A DNA stretch of 59,777 bases from a virus (Duplodnaviria; Caudoviricetes): the IMG/VR virus record IMGVR_UViG_3300025141_017126, positions 1-59,777 of that record, one strand, 5' to 3'. The position numbers were made by a program, and so were the translations under genes. A model generated the notes under the pieces. It did no database searches. It was not told where the DNA came from and worked only from the letters and a program-made list of their open reading frames with translations. Below, piece by piece: positions 17,316 through 26,337 of this stretch; position 1 is the stretch's first letter; every line of letters begins with the position of its first letter.

Positions 17316-18120
17316 TACGATTATTGATATTAATACTGAAGGGGTTTTATTAGGAACCTCTTCAGAAACTCCTACTTTAGTAATTACTAAAGATACTGAA
17401 ACAATTACTCATGGGGGTGCAGCATTAGTTCATCGTAATCTTACTAAATTAGAATGTAGTCATGAATTTGTTACAAATAATTCTCTAGTAACTTTAAATA
17501 AAAAGATTACAACTAAACACCGTTATTGGTGTAATAAACATAAACTTTTACAAGTAGATGATAGAGATAATACCCCTATTACAGATGAAGAATCAGAACT
17601 AATATTTGAATACATTCAAAGATCTGATGCTAATGTAATAGCAATAGCTGATTATCGACACGGTCTTTTATCTCCCAAATTAATAGAACTAATTAATACC
17701 TCTAATAAAATAATTATTTTAGATTCTCAGGTTTCACAAAGTCCTGCTAATCATCATATGTATAAACATATTTATTTAACTCTATTAAATGAACATGAAG
17801 CTGAACAATATGTATCAAATGTTAGTTGGGATAACCCTGAAGAATTAAAAGAAGGATTATATAAAGAAATAGACTCCCTTCATTTTATTGTTAAATTTGG
17901 AAAACTAGGTTGCATTTACTTTGATTCAAAAACCTCTATACAACATAGAACACATTCAGTTGAAAATCCTGTTGATGAATCAGGAGCTGGCGATGCGTTT
18001 ATGGCTGGGTTATTAGCTTGGATGCAGAAAGGTTCGTCTATAAATGAAGCATCTGGGTGGGCTAACGAATGGGCGCGTAGATCTGTGATGGTAAAAGGAG
18101 CTAATCCCCCTGATGACTAA
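17290..18120 (+). CDS. PfkB sugar kinase (HldA/RfaE-I-like)
   Basis: IGD.IID, S.E.P..V, GGAA.V..NL, DY..G and D.SGAGDAF motifs. Confidence 0.88.
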   Translation: MDKILLIGDTIIDINTEGVLLGTSSETPTLVITKDTETITHGGAALVHRNLTKLECSHEFVTNNSLVTLNKKITTKHRYWCNKHKLLQVDDRDNTPITDEESELIFEYIQRSDANVIAIADYRHGLLSPKLIELINTSNKIIILDSQVSQSPANHHMYKHIYLTLLNEHEAEQYVSNVSWDNPEELKEGLYKEIDSLHFIVKFGKLGCIYFDSKTSIQHRTHSVENPVDESGAGDAFMAGLLAWMQKGSSINEASGWANEWARRSVMVKGANPPDD

Positions 18121-18517
18121 TAAATATGGTATTCAAAAAATACCAGAGATACATCAATGTACAGACTATAGAGATAAGTATTGGGGCTGGATAAAAACTT
18201 GTTCTGCTACTAATGATTTTACATTAAAACATATTTTTATGCATAAAGATAGCCAAAGTAGTTTGGAATATCATGTCAAAAAAGATGAAAATTACTATAT
18301 TCTATCAGGTAAATTAAAAGTCGGACTTCGAATTGGTAGAGCAGAAAATAAAGAAGTTATTTTAAATGAGGGAGATGTCTACCATATTTCTCCAGGATTA
18401 ATGCATATGAGATTTGCAATAGAAGATACTCACATCATTGAATGGTCTAATAAAGATGATGACAGTGATTCACACATAGTCGAAGATGGACTTTTATATC
18501 AACATGAGGTTAAATAA
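18113..18517 (+). CDS. Cupin sugar isomerase (mannose-6-P/lyxose isomerase-like)
   Basis: SSL.YH..KDE.YY.LSG and PG..H motifs. Confidence 0.8.
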   Translation: MTNKYGIQKIPEIHQCTDYRDKYWGWIKTCSATNDFTLKHIFMHKDSQSSLEYHVKKDENYYILSGKLKVGLRIGRAENKEVILNEGDVYHISPGLMHMRFAIEDTHIIEWSNKDDDSDSHIVEDGLLYQHEVK

Positions 18518-19188
18518 TGAAATTATTTTTAGATACAGCTAATTTAGCTGACATAGAAACTGCTCTTCAAAAAGGGTTTATTACCGGAATTACCACTAAT
18601 CCGTCCTTGATGGCTAAAGAACCTAAAGGAAACTATATTGATCACATGAAAAAAATTGTGGAACTTATAGATAAATATTCTAATCCTATCAGTTTGAGCG
18701 TAGAAGTATTTGCTCAAAATAAAGAAAAAATTATTATAGAAGCTGAAGAATTGGTAAGTGAAATTCAATACGAAAATTTAAGTATTAAAGTACCTATTGG
18801 ATGGGAGGAACTAGAAGCGATTTACCAATTATCAATTGAAGGAATCAGTGTAAACTGTACTTGTATATTTAGTGAAGCACAATGTATGCTCGCAACTAAT
18901 GCGGGAGCACGTTATATTTCAATTTTTGGAAATCGTGTTAAAGAGTTACGAGGTAGTTTTACACAAGCTGTAGGAGCTACACGTAAATGGTTAGATATGA
19001 ATGATATTACTAATACAGAAATTATAGTGGGTAGTATTCGTTCTGGGATTGATATTGTCGATGCACAGTTAGCAGGAGCACATATTGTTACAGCAGGACT
19101 TCCACATTATATTAAAATGAGTGAGCATCCCGGTACCACAGCTTCTGTAGATCAATTTATGACAGATTTTAAAGAGTGGTTAGCATGA
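18517..19188 (+). CDS. TalC-type transaldolase
   Basis: DTA, GITTNPS, Schiff-base KVP and NCT; SVEV (Glu) and SIF (Phe) mark the transaldolase rather than FSA subtype. Confidence 0.9.
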   Translation: MKLFLDTANLADIETALQKGFITGITTNPSLMAKEPKGNYIDHMKKIVELIDKYSNPISLSVEVFAQNKEKIIIEAEELVSEIQYENLSIKVPIGWEELEAIYQLSIEGISVNCTCIFSEAQCMLATNAGARYISIFGNRVKELRGSFTQAVGATRKWLDMNDITNTEIIVGSIRSGIDIVDAQLAGAHIVTAGLPHYIKMSEHPGTTASVDQFMTDFKEWLA

Positions 19189-20045
19189 AAATAGTATATG
19201 CAGCGGTATTTACCGAAACATCAACTAACACTCCTCAAGCTAATGCATTTGAAAAATTAGGTCATGAAGTAATCCGTTATGATTTTAAAGAAAAACTTAA
19301 AGAATTTGGTGAACCTAATTTACGGGATAAGGATCTTATAAATACTTGTGTATCAGAAAATCCAGATCTACTTCTTTTTAGTAAAGGCGTGGGAATTGAC
19401 AGTAGTGTTATCCCCACCTGTCAAGATATATGTCACGTAGCTTTATGGTATATGGACCCTATGATAAATGTTGATCAGGAATTGCTAGAAAAAATTGATA
19501 AAGTTAATTCAGTTTTTTATACTGCCCCGACAGTATATAGTACTTTAAAAGACAAAAATATCAATAGCTATTTTATTCATGAGGGGTATGAACCAACCTT
19601 TCATAAATTCTATGACAAAATTGATAAAGTATATAATGTTAGTTTTATAGGAGCTTTAAAGGAGCATCGAAAGCAGTATTATGATTTCTATAACTTTAAT
19701 TGTTTCTCAGATAAATATAATAAAGATCATTGTAAAATAATTAATCAAACTAGAATAAATTTAAACTTTACTAATAATCGTGAAGGAACTTCGGATAGAG
19801 CTTATAAAATTATGGGAAGTGGTGGATTTTTACTAACAGAACCCTGGGATGGTTTAGAAAACGATTTTAAACCTAATGAAGACTTAGTTATTTTTAATAA
19901 TGAAAATGAATTTAAAGAAAAAATTGAAGAATATTTAAAGGATTGGCAAAAAAGAAAACAAATTGCCCGTAATGGTGTAAATACTGTACAAAAATACACT
20001 GTAGAAGAATGGGCTAAATTTATTATCGAGGAGACAATATTATGA
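19185..20045 (+). CDS. CgeB-like GT-B glycosyltransferase
   Basis: W..DP, VSFIG, INLNF and R.Y...G.GGFLLT motifs. Confidence 0.85.
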   Translation: MKIVYAAVFTETSTNTPQANAFEKLGHEVIRYDFKEKLKEFGEPNLRDKDLINTCVSENPDLLLFSKGVGIDSSVIPTCQDICHVALWYMDPMINVDQELLEKIDKVNSVFYTAPTVYSTLKDKNINSYFIHEGYEPTFHKFYDKIDKVYNVSFIGALKEHRKQYYDFYNFNCFSDKYNKDHCKIINQTRINLNFTNNREGTSDRAYKIMGSGGFLLTEPWDGLENDFKPNEDLVIFNNENEFKEKIEEYLKDWQKRKQIARNGVNTVQKYTVEEWAKFIIEETIL

Positions 20046-20923
20046 GAGCAAACTTAATCGGAGTAGGATATTGGGGTTCTTTTATTTATAAAACACTCAG
20101 GGAAATAGGCTTTACTGATATTAATTTATGTGACCCCCAAGTTCCAGGAGCTTATAATAATTATAAAAAAATGGAAGATGCGCAGTATGTATTTATTGCG
20201 ACTCCTGTAAAATCTCACTTTGAAATGTGTAAATATTTTCTTTCTCAGGGTAAAAGAGTATTTTGTGAAAAACCGTTAGTATCTACGGAGGAAGAAGCAC
20301 AACAACTTTATGAAATTGCTGAAGAGAATAATACTTATTTATTTGTTGATTGGGTATTTACCTATAATTATGGGGTTTCATTAATAAAACAATATATTGA
20401 TGATAAAAGAAAAGAACTACATAGAAATCCTATTAATGATATTTATATTTGTAGAAAAAATACAGATATTGACCATATTACTGATATTAGTGCTAAAATA
20501 GATTTAGCTGGACATGATCTCTCAATAACTTTAACTCTTACTGACCAGATTCCGTTATCAGTTCATTGGCATGAGTATAAAAAGAATCCAAATTCTATTC
20601 AAAATGATAGTGCGCTAGGCTATTTAACTTTTGAAAAATTTAATACTACTATTGATGTAAGTTGGTATAATGCTTATAAAGATAGAGAATGTGTAATTAA
20701 ACTTGAAGGGAACGAATATATTTTATGGAATGATGTTGATCAAACAGTTACATTTCAAAAAAATCATAGAGATTTTCCACTTACTATCAATTATTCTAAA
20801 CATGCATCTCCTCTTGAACGATCTATTAAACAATTTATGATATTTAATAAGGAAGCGTATATTCAACAAAAAGAACTTACGATACAAATTTTAAGGATTT
20901 TAAATAATGATAGTAAAATTTAG
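20042..20923 (+). CDS. Gfo/Idh/MocA oxidoreductase (WbpB-like)
   Basis: GVGYWG, ATP...H, CEKP and DLAGHD motifs. Confidence 0.88.
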   Translation: MRANLIGVGYWGSFIYKTLREIGFTDINLCDPQVPGAYNNYKKMEDAQYVFIATPVKSHFEMCKYFLSQGKRVFCEKPLVSTEEEAQQLYEIAEENNTYLFVDWVFTYNYGVSLIKQYIDDKRKELHRNPINDIYICRKNTDIDHITDISAKIDLAGHDLSITLTLTDQIPLSVHWHEYKKNPNSIQNDSALGYLTFEKFNTTIDVSWYNAYKDRECVIKLEGNEYILWNDVDQTVTFQKNHRDFPLTINYSKHASPLERSIKQFMIFNKEAYIQQKELTIQILRILNNDSKI

Positions 20924-22040
20924 TGATATAGCAGCCCAATGGAAAGTAATTAAAAAAGACTGCTTACCTAAGATTGAAAATTTCTTAGAAAGTGGAAATT
21001 ATATTGGTAATTCGATAATTGATGAGTTTGAAAATAACTTTGCAAATTATATTGGGTGCGAATATGCTATAGGAGTATCCAATGGAACTAATGCATTAAA
21101 ATTAAGTATTCAATCTCTTAATCCTACAAATAAAGTTTGTGTTATTATTCCAGCTAACACTTTTATTTCAAATGCACTTGCAGTTTCGTATTTTAATTAC
21201 GATCTAAAATTAATTGATTGCGATGAATTTTATGGAATGAAAGTTGAAAATTTACATGCTTGGTTTGCAGGTAAAAGAGAAAATTATGATAGTGTAATAG
21301 TAGTACCTGTTCATTTATATGGTTATCCAGCTAATATTCAAAGAATAAGAGATTTATGTAATCTTTATGATGCCCGTATTATTGAAGATTGCTCTCAAGC
21401 ACACGGAGCTACAATTAGAATTGGAAAAGTAGGAAATTTTGGAGATTTAGGAGTATTTTCTTGTTACGCTAGTAAAAATTTAGGAGCTGCAGGTGAAGGA
21501 GCTATTATTACCACAAATAATAATCAACTCTATCAATCTTTAAAAGAATTACGTGATTTAGGATCATCTCAAAAATATCAAAATCGAATTTTAGGTTGGA
21601 ATGACCGACCCCACGCAATTCAATTTATTATTCTCAATGAAAAATTAAAATATCTCGATGAATGGAATAGTAATCGAGGTTATGCAGCTGAACAATATAA
21701 TAAACAACTTAAAGACTTACCTATTATTTTACCTGTAGAACCACAATGGTCAACAGTGTCGGTTCATCATTTATATGTTATTAGAACTGAACAAAGAGAT
21801 GAACTTCAACAATTTTTAAATAAAAAAGATATTCAAACAGGTATTCATTATCCTATTCCTATTGGGGAACAAGAGCTTTATAAAAACGATAATTTAACAA
21901 CTAAGGGGATTATTAATACTATGGATTGGAAAGATAAATTACTTAGTTTACCAATGCACCCATTTTTAACAGATGATGAAATAAATTATGTATGTAGCTC
22001 AATAAAAGAATTTTTTGATGCCAGTTCACACTCAATATAG
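20907..22040 (+). CDS. DegT/DnrJ PLP sugar aminotransferase
   Basis: NGT.AL, PVHLYG, ED.SQAHGA, SKNLGA.GEG and LSLPMHP motifs. Confidence 0.93.
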   Translation: MIVKFSDIAAQWKVIKKDCLPKIENFLESGNYIGNSIIDEFENNFANYIGCEYAIGVSNGTNALKLSIQSLNPTNKVCVIIPANTFISNALAVSYFNYDLKLIDCDEFYGMKVENLHAWFAGKRENYDSVIVVPVHLYGYPANIQRIRDLCNLYDARIIEDCSQAHGATIRIGKVGNFGDLGVFSCYASKNLGAAGEGAIITTNNNQLYQSLKELRDLGSSQKYQNRILGWNDRPHAIQFIILNEKLKYLDEWNSNRGYAAEQYNKQLKDLPIILPVEPQWSTVSVHHLYVIRTEQRDELQQFLNKKDIQTGIHYPIPIGEQELYKNDNLTTKGIINTMDWKDKLLSLPMHPFLTDDEINYVCSSIKEFFDASSHSI

Positions 22041-22482
22041 ATCTCAAATTAGAGATTGTAAAATAGGTAAAAATGTTACTATTGTTGAACCTGTTAATTT
22101 ATATGAATGTACTATAGGAGATAATACTAAAATAGGACCGTTTGTAGAAATACAACAAGGTGTAATAATAGGAAATAATTGTAATATTCAATCACATTCT
22201 TTTATTTGTACTAAAGTATCTATAGGAAATAATTGTTTTATTGGACATGGTGTTATGTTTACTAATGATCTTTTTAAAAATGGGAAACCCGATCCTAATC
22301 CAAATAACTGGAAAGAAACTATAATTACAAATCATGTAACTATAGGATCAGGAGTAACTTTATTGCCTATAACTATTAGTGCAACAGATGTAATAATTGG
22401 AGCTGGGGCAGTAGTAACTAAGGATATTACCCAATCAGGAGTTTATTTTGGAAATCCTGCCAAAATAAACTCTATTTTATAG
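22015..22482 (+). CDS. LbH N-acetyltransferase (WbpD-like)
   Basis: Hexapeptide repeats, FTND, GAGAVVTKD, GNPA. Confidence 0.9.
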   Translation: MMPVHTQYRSQIRDCKIGKNVTIVEPVNLYECTIGDNTKIGPFVEIQQGVIIGNNCNIQSHSFICTKVSIGNNCFIGHGVMFTNDLFKNGKPDPNPNNWKETIITNHVTIGSGVTLLPITISATDVIIGAGAVVTKDITQSGVYFGNPAKINSIL

Positions 22483-22491
22483 AGATTCTGC

Positions 22492-23277
22492 ATGAAAGTA
22501 TTAATTATTTTTCCCCACGCACTTGGAGATATGTTAATATTAACCCCAGCCTTAAAAGCCTGGTGTGAAAATAATGAACCCCCTTCGATAGTAGTGCAAC
22601 GTAGATTTAATAGCTCTCCTTTAGATAATTGTCCTTACATTGATAAAATTTATTATAGATTAAGTGACCCGTGGCAAGATTTTGGACATCACAATACTCA
22701 ATTTGGATTTCCGGCCACTCAATATGAAGGTCACGCACTAGCAGTTAAAGAAGGATTCACTCATATCTTATTTACTTATGAAGAAGGAAAAACTATAAAT
22801 TATACGCATATGTTTCAAGTAGATATAAAAAATTATACACCTGAAGTTTTTATATCTCATCAAAATAAAAAAGAAGCTGATGAAATAATTTATGAGTTAG
22901 TAGGAAATAAACCATATGGATTTGTTCAAACTCATAGTGGAGATCCTAATAGAAGTCTTCCCACGGATTACGGAAGAAAATGGATTCAAACACATAGTAA
23001 TTTATCCGATGTTATAGAAATCGATACTCTTACACATTTATCTATTAATACTGGATTTGAAATTTTAAAACAAGCAACTGTTGTTGTTGTACCAAACTCT
23101 ATTTATTGGCAAGCAGCAGGTGCAATGAATAAAAAAGTTGATCTTGCATACTTTTCTAGAGGTTTAGAAGATTTAAAAAAACGAAAATATGAAGTATGTT
23201 ACGGTAAAAAAGACCCTTTTTATAAAGAAGAATTTTATGAAAGTGTAGTATTTGAATTGGAGATGTTAAGTGAATGA
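22492..23277 (+). CDS. GT9-like glycosyltransferase
   Basis: HALGDML..TPALK, CPYID and NS..WQ.A.A.NK motifs. Confidence 0.7.
   Translation: MKVLIIFPHALGDMLILTPALKAWCENNEPPSIVVQRRFNSSPLDNCPYIDKIYYRLSDPWQDFGHHNTQFGFPATQYEGHALAVKEGFTHILFTYEEGKTINYTHMFQVDIKNYTPEVFISHQNKKEADEIIYELVGNKPYGFVQTHSGDPNRSLPTDYGRKWIQTHSNLSDVIEIDTLTHLSINTGFEILKQATVVVVPNSIYWQAAGAMNKKVDLAYFSRGLEDLKKRKYEVCYGKKDPFYKEEFYESVVFELEMLSE
23223..23275 (+). repeat. 53-bp direct repeat, copy 1
   Basis: TAAAGAAGAATTTTATGAAAGTGTAGTATTTGAATTGGAGATGTTAAGTGAAT; 2 mismatches to copy 2. Confidence 0.95.
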
Positions 23278-23761
23278 AAAAATGGCTTATGGATTTCCTT
23301 CAACGACATTAGATAAAATAGAACAAGTTTTGAAGGATGATGGTCTTGTTAATAATGAAACTTTAACGACACAAACAATAAATACCTATCTAGTTCAATA
23401 CAGTTCTAATACTGCACCTCTTTGTGCTTTTTCTTTTGGAGATAGAGGATATATTCCAGAAGCTACTTTAGAAAGGTTGCGACTTATATTAGTTGATGAT
23501 GGAATAATTTCATCTGCTACTACTACTGGGGTTTGTTCATTTTATTCTATTTGTTATAAAGCTAATAATAGTTTAGCTTATACAGTTTCCAGTGCCTTAA
23601 AGAAACCCTGGGCTATTAAGCAATTAAAAGAATTTGATTGTGATACTTATTTAGATGCTACCTCCGTGTTAAATGTTTGGAAAGATGAATACAATAAACA
23701 AAAAATCTCTGATAATGTTTCATATATTTTGGAGACGCATGAGTACAACAGCACATATTAG
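23270..23761 (+). CDS. Unknown protein, paralogue A (internal PxxTL..I..VL.DDG repeat)
   Basis: ORF; 308-bp gapless match to paralogue B. Confidence 0.75.
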   Translation: MNEKMAYGFPSTTLDKIEQVLKDDGLVNNETLTTQTINTYLVQYSSNTAPLCAFSFGDRGYIPEATLERLRLILVDDGIISSATTTGVCSFYSICYKANNSLAYTVSSALKKPWAIKQLKEFDCDTYLDATSVLNVWKDEYNKQKISDNVSYILETHEYNSTY

Positions 23762-23840
23762 ATAATGATGTTGATAAAGAAGACGGAACGGGTGTTAATA
23801 CTAATGATTATTAAATTTATTATATAAGAAGAATAAAAAA

Positions 23841-24164
23841 ATGACTTATGAACTTCCTTCAACGACATTAGCTAAAATAGAACAAGTTTTCAAGGATGAT
23901 GGTCTTGTTAATAATGAAATTTTAACAACACGAACATCAAATAACTTTGTAGTTCAATACAGTCCTAATACAACGCCTCTTTGTTCTTTTACTATTGAAT
24001 TGGGAAGAGATATTCCAGAAGCTACTTTAGAGAGGTTGCGACTTGTATTAGTTGATGATGGATTAATTTCACCTGCTACTACTACGGGGGTTAACCCATT
24101 TTATTTTATTTGTTATAAAGCTAATAATAGTTTTCTTTATACAGTTTCCAGTGGTTTAAAGTAA
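23841..24164 (+). CDS. Unknown protein, paralogue B
   Basis: ORF; 23854-24161 aligns to 23295-23602. Confidence 0.75.
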   Translation: MTYELPSTTLAKIEQVFKDDGLVNNEILTTRTSNNFVVQYSPNTTPLCSFTIELGRDIPEATLERLRLVLVDDGLISPATTTGVNPFYFICYKANNSFLYTVSSGLK

Positions 24165-24214
24165 AGAAGAATTTTATAAAAGTGTAGTATTTGAATTGGA
24201 GATGTTAGGTGAAT
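24162..24214 (+). repeat. 53-bp direct repeat, copy 2
   Basis: TAAAGAAGAATTTTATAAAAGTGTAGTATTTGAATTGGAGATGTTAGGTGAAT. Confidence 0.95.
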
Positions 24215-25141
24215 AAAAATTTTAAAATCTGGGGAGTAAGTTTTAGTTTAATTGGGGATTTAATTGTAGGACTCCCTCAATTAACTTATTTCGAAAAGAA
24301 ATATCCAGGTAGTTATAAATACTGGGGAATTCATAAAAAAATGTCTCATGCAGCACCCTTATTTTATAACCATCCTCTTATAGACAGAATAAAAATTACT
24401 GATAAATGGGGTGAATTTGGAGAATATGACTACGAATTAGCATCTAAATGCGATATAAGTACTAGAGATTTAGATAATGATAGAAAAACATTACTAAATG
24501 CTAGACCCGAAGATTATTGGTATAATGACCACGATATTGTTGAACAAATGGCTCGAATGTCTGGTATTTATGATATTAAAGAAGTTCTTACTGAGGATGA
24601 ATTAAGACCACAGTTATATCAATGGTTTGATACTGATTTTGATGCTATTGAAAAGAATGAAGGTTATACAAAAGTACGAACTAATTCAGGATTAATTCCT
24701 GAAAAAAGTGTAGTTATTTGGCCCTTTAGTGGGTATGGTCACTGGCCAGCACGATCACCCTCTGCTAATTGGTGGAACACAGTAGTAAATACTTTAATTG
24801 ATAATAATTTTATAGTTTTTCACTGCGGATGGATAGAAGAACCACATTTATCAAATTTAGACGGATATGTGAGGTGTGTTAATCTATCATTCTTTGAACA
24901 AATAAAAGTTAGTTTAGCAACAAAGTTAGCAATAGGTGCAGATAGCGGGTCTATGTGGACATTAGGAGCATATTCATTTCCTGCTATTCATCTAATGACT
25001 AATTGGAGAGATGGTCATACACAAAATTTTAGTGCGATGAATCCAGTTAATATCAATGGAACTTCATTTTTTGCTCCTCCAATGACTGATGGGTGGTCTT
25101 TTGAAGAAGTATTAAATACAGTATGGGATAAAACCAAATGA
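24209..25141 (+). CDS. GT9-like glycosyltransferase
   Basis: LIGDL...P, HPLID and IGADSG.M...GA...P motifs. Confidence 0.75.
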   Translation: MNKNFKIWGVSFSLIGDLIVGLPQLTYFEKKYPGSYKYWGIHKKMSHAAPLFYNHPLIDRIKITDKWGEFGEYDYELASKCDISTRDLDNDRKTLLNARPEDYWYNDHDIVEQMARMSGIYDIKEVLTEDELRPQLYQWFDTDFDAIEKNEGYTKVRTNSGLIPEKSVVIWPFSGYGHWPARSPSANWWNTVVNTLIDNNFIVFHCGWIEEPHLSNLDGYVRCVNLSFFEQIKVSLATKLAIGADSGSMWTLGAYSFPAIHLMTNWRDGHTQNFSAMNPVNINGTSFFAPPMTDGWSFEEVLNTVWDKTK

Positions 25142-26337
25142 TTACAGCAAAGAAAATATCAAAATGTAGATTATGCGAATCTACAGATTTAACATCTTTT
25201 TTTAGTACTGGAAATATTTATATAAACGATTTTCCAACAACTCCCACAGGTCATAGAGGTAAAGCCGAAATGACTCTAGTAAGATGTAATGAATGCACAT
25301 TAATTCAACTTGATCAGACAGTAGATAGTGAAGTATATTTTGAATATTGGTATCAATCCAAATTAAATAAAAAGATTGTTAATAATTTACAAGACATTGT
25401 AAATGAAGTAAAGAAAGAAGTATCCTTAGAAGAAGGAGATTATGTACTTGATATTGGAGCAAATGATGGGACATTATTAAGTTTCTACGAAGATTTACCT
25501 ATTACTCGTATAGGATGCGATCCAGCTAAATCTATTCAAGATGATTTAAAAAAACACAGTGAGTATCAAATTAATGATTTATTCCATAAGTCAGCTTGGG
25601 ATAAAATAACAAAACAAAAAGCTAAAGTTATTACTGCAATTGCTATGTTTTATGATCTTGATAATCCACATGAATTTGTAAGAGGTATTCAGCAAATATT
25701 AGCACCTGATGGAGTATTCGTTGTACAACTTATGCCCGCTCGACCAATGTTAGATACCTATGATATTGGAAATGTCTGTCACGAACACTTACTTTACTAT
25801 ACTTATGAATCTTTAGTTACATTATTTGAAGAACATGGATTACAAATTTATAAACTTAAAGAAAATGATATTAATGGAGGATCGTATCAACTTTGGGTAA
25901 AACATAGTGATCCTTATGGTAAATCAATACACTACGAAGAAGATTGTTCTCTTGATAGATTACATGAATGGACTAATCAAATTAATAAAAATCGTATAGA
26001 AACGGTACGATTTATTAATAAAGAAGTACAAAAAGGTAAAAATATATATTTTTATGGAGCTTCTACTAAAGGTAATACGATTGCTCAATGGTATGGATTA
26101 AATCCAACTAATATTAAAGGAGCAGCAGAAATACATCCAGATAAAATAGGTAGATACATGGTAGGAAGCCAAATTCCTATTGTTCACGAAGACGAAGCAC
26201 GAAAAGATGCAGATTATTTTGTTATTATAGGATTCGGATTTCGAGATATTTTTATTGAAAAAGAAAAGAAATTTTTAAAAAATGGAGGAAAACTCATATT
26301 TTGTACTCCAAAATTTGAAATTGTAGAACATGATTAG
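25138..26337 (+). CDS. NDP-sugar C-methyltransferase
   Basis: CRLC/C..C Zn site, DIGANDG, HEH..YY and YGA..KGN motifs. Confidence 0.9.
   Translation: MITAKKISKCRLCESTDLTSFFSTGNIYINDFPTTPTGHRGKAEMTLVRCNECTLIQLDQTVDSEVYFEYWYQSKLNKKIVNNLQDIVNEVKKEVSLEEGDYVLDIGANDGTLLSFYEDLPITRIGCDPAKSIQDDLKKHSEYQINDLFHKSAWDKITKQKAKVITAIAMFYDLDNPHEFVRGIQQILAPDGVFVVQLMPARPMLDTYDIGNVCHEHLLYYTYESLVTLFEEHGLQIYKLKENDINGGSYQLWVKHSDPYGKSIHYEEDCSLDRLHEWTNQINKNRIETVRFINKEVQKGKNIYFYGASTKGNTIAQWYGLNPTNIKGAAEIHPDKIGRYMVGSQIPIVHEDEARKDADYFVIIGFGFRDIFIEKEKKFLKNGGKLIFCTPKFEIVEHD

Noticed and set aside
23759-23814. Stop-codon reassignment (in-frame text after TAG)
   Set aside because: Only 17 extra codons, and TAG/TGA act as normal stops in conserved genes throughout the window
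23270-24164. Diversity-generating retroelement TR/VR pair
   Set aside because: Mismatches involve all four bases rather than only adenines, both copies are ORFs, and no reverse transcriptase is in the window
23223-24214. IS element or CRISPR array
   Set aside because: Only two repeat copies, no transposase or terminal inverted repeats, no cas operon
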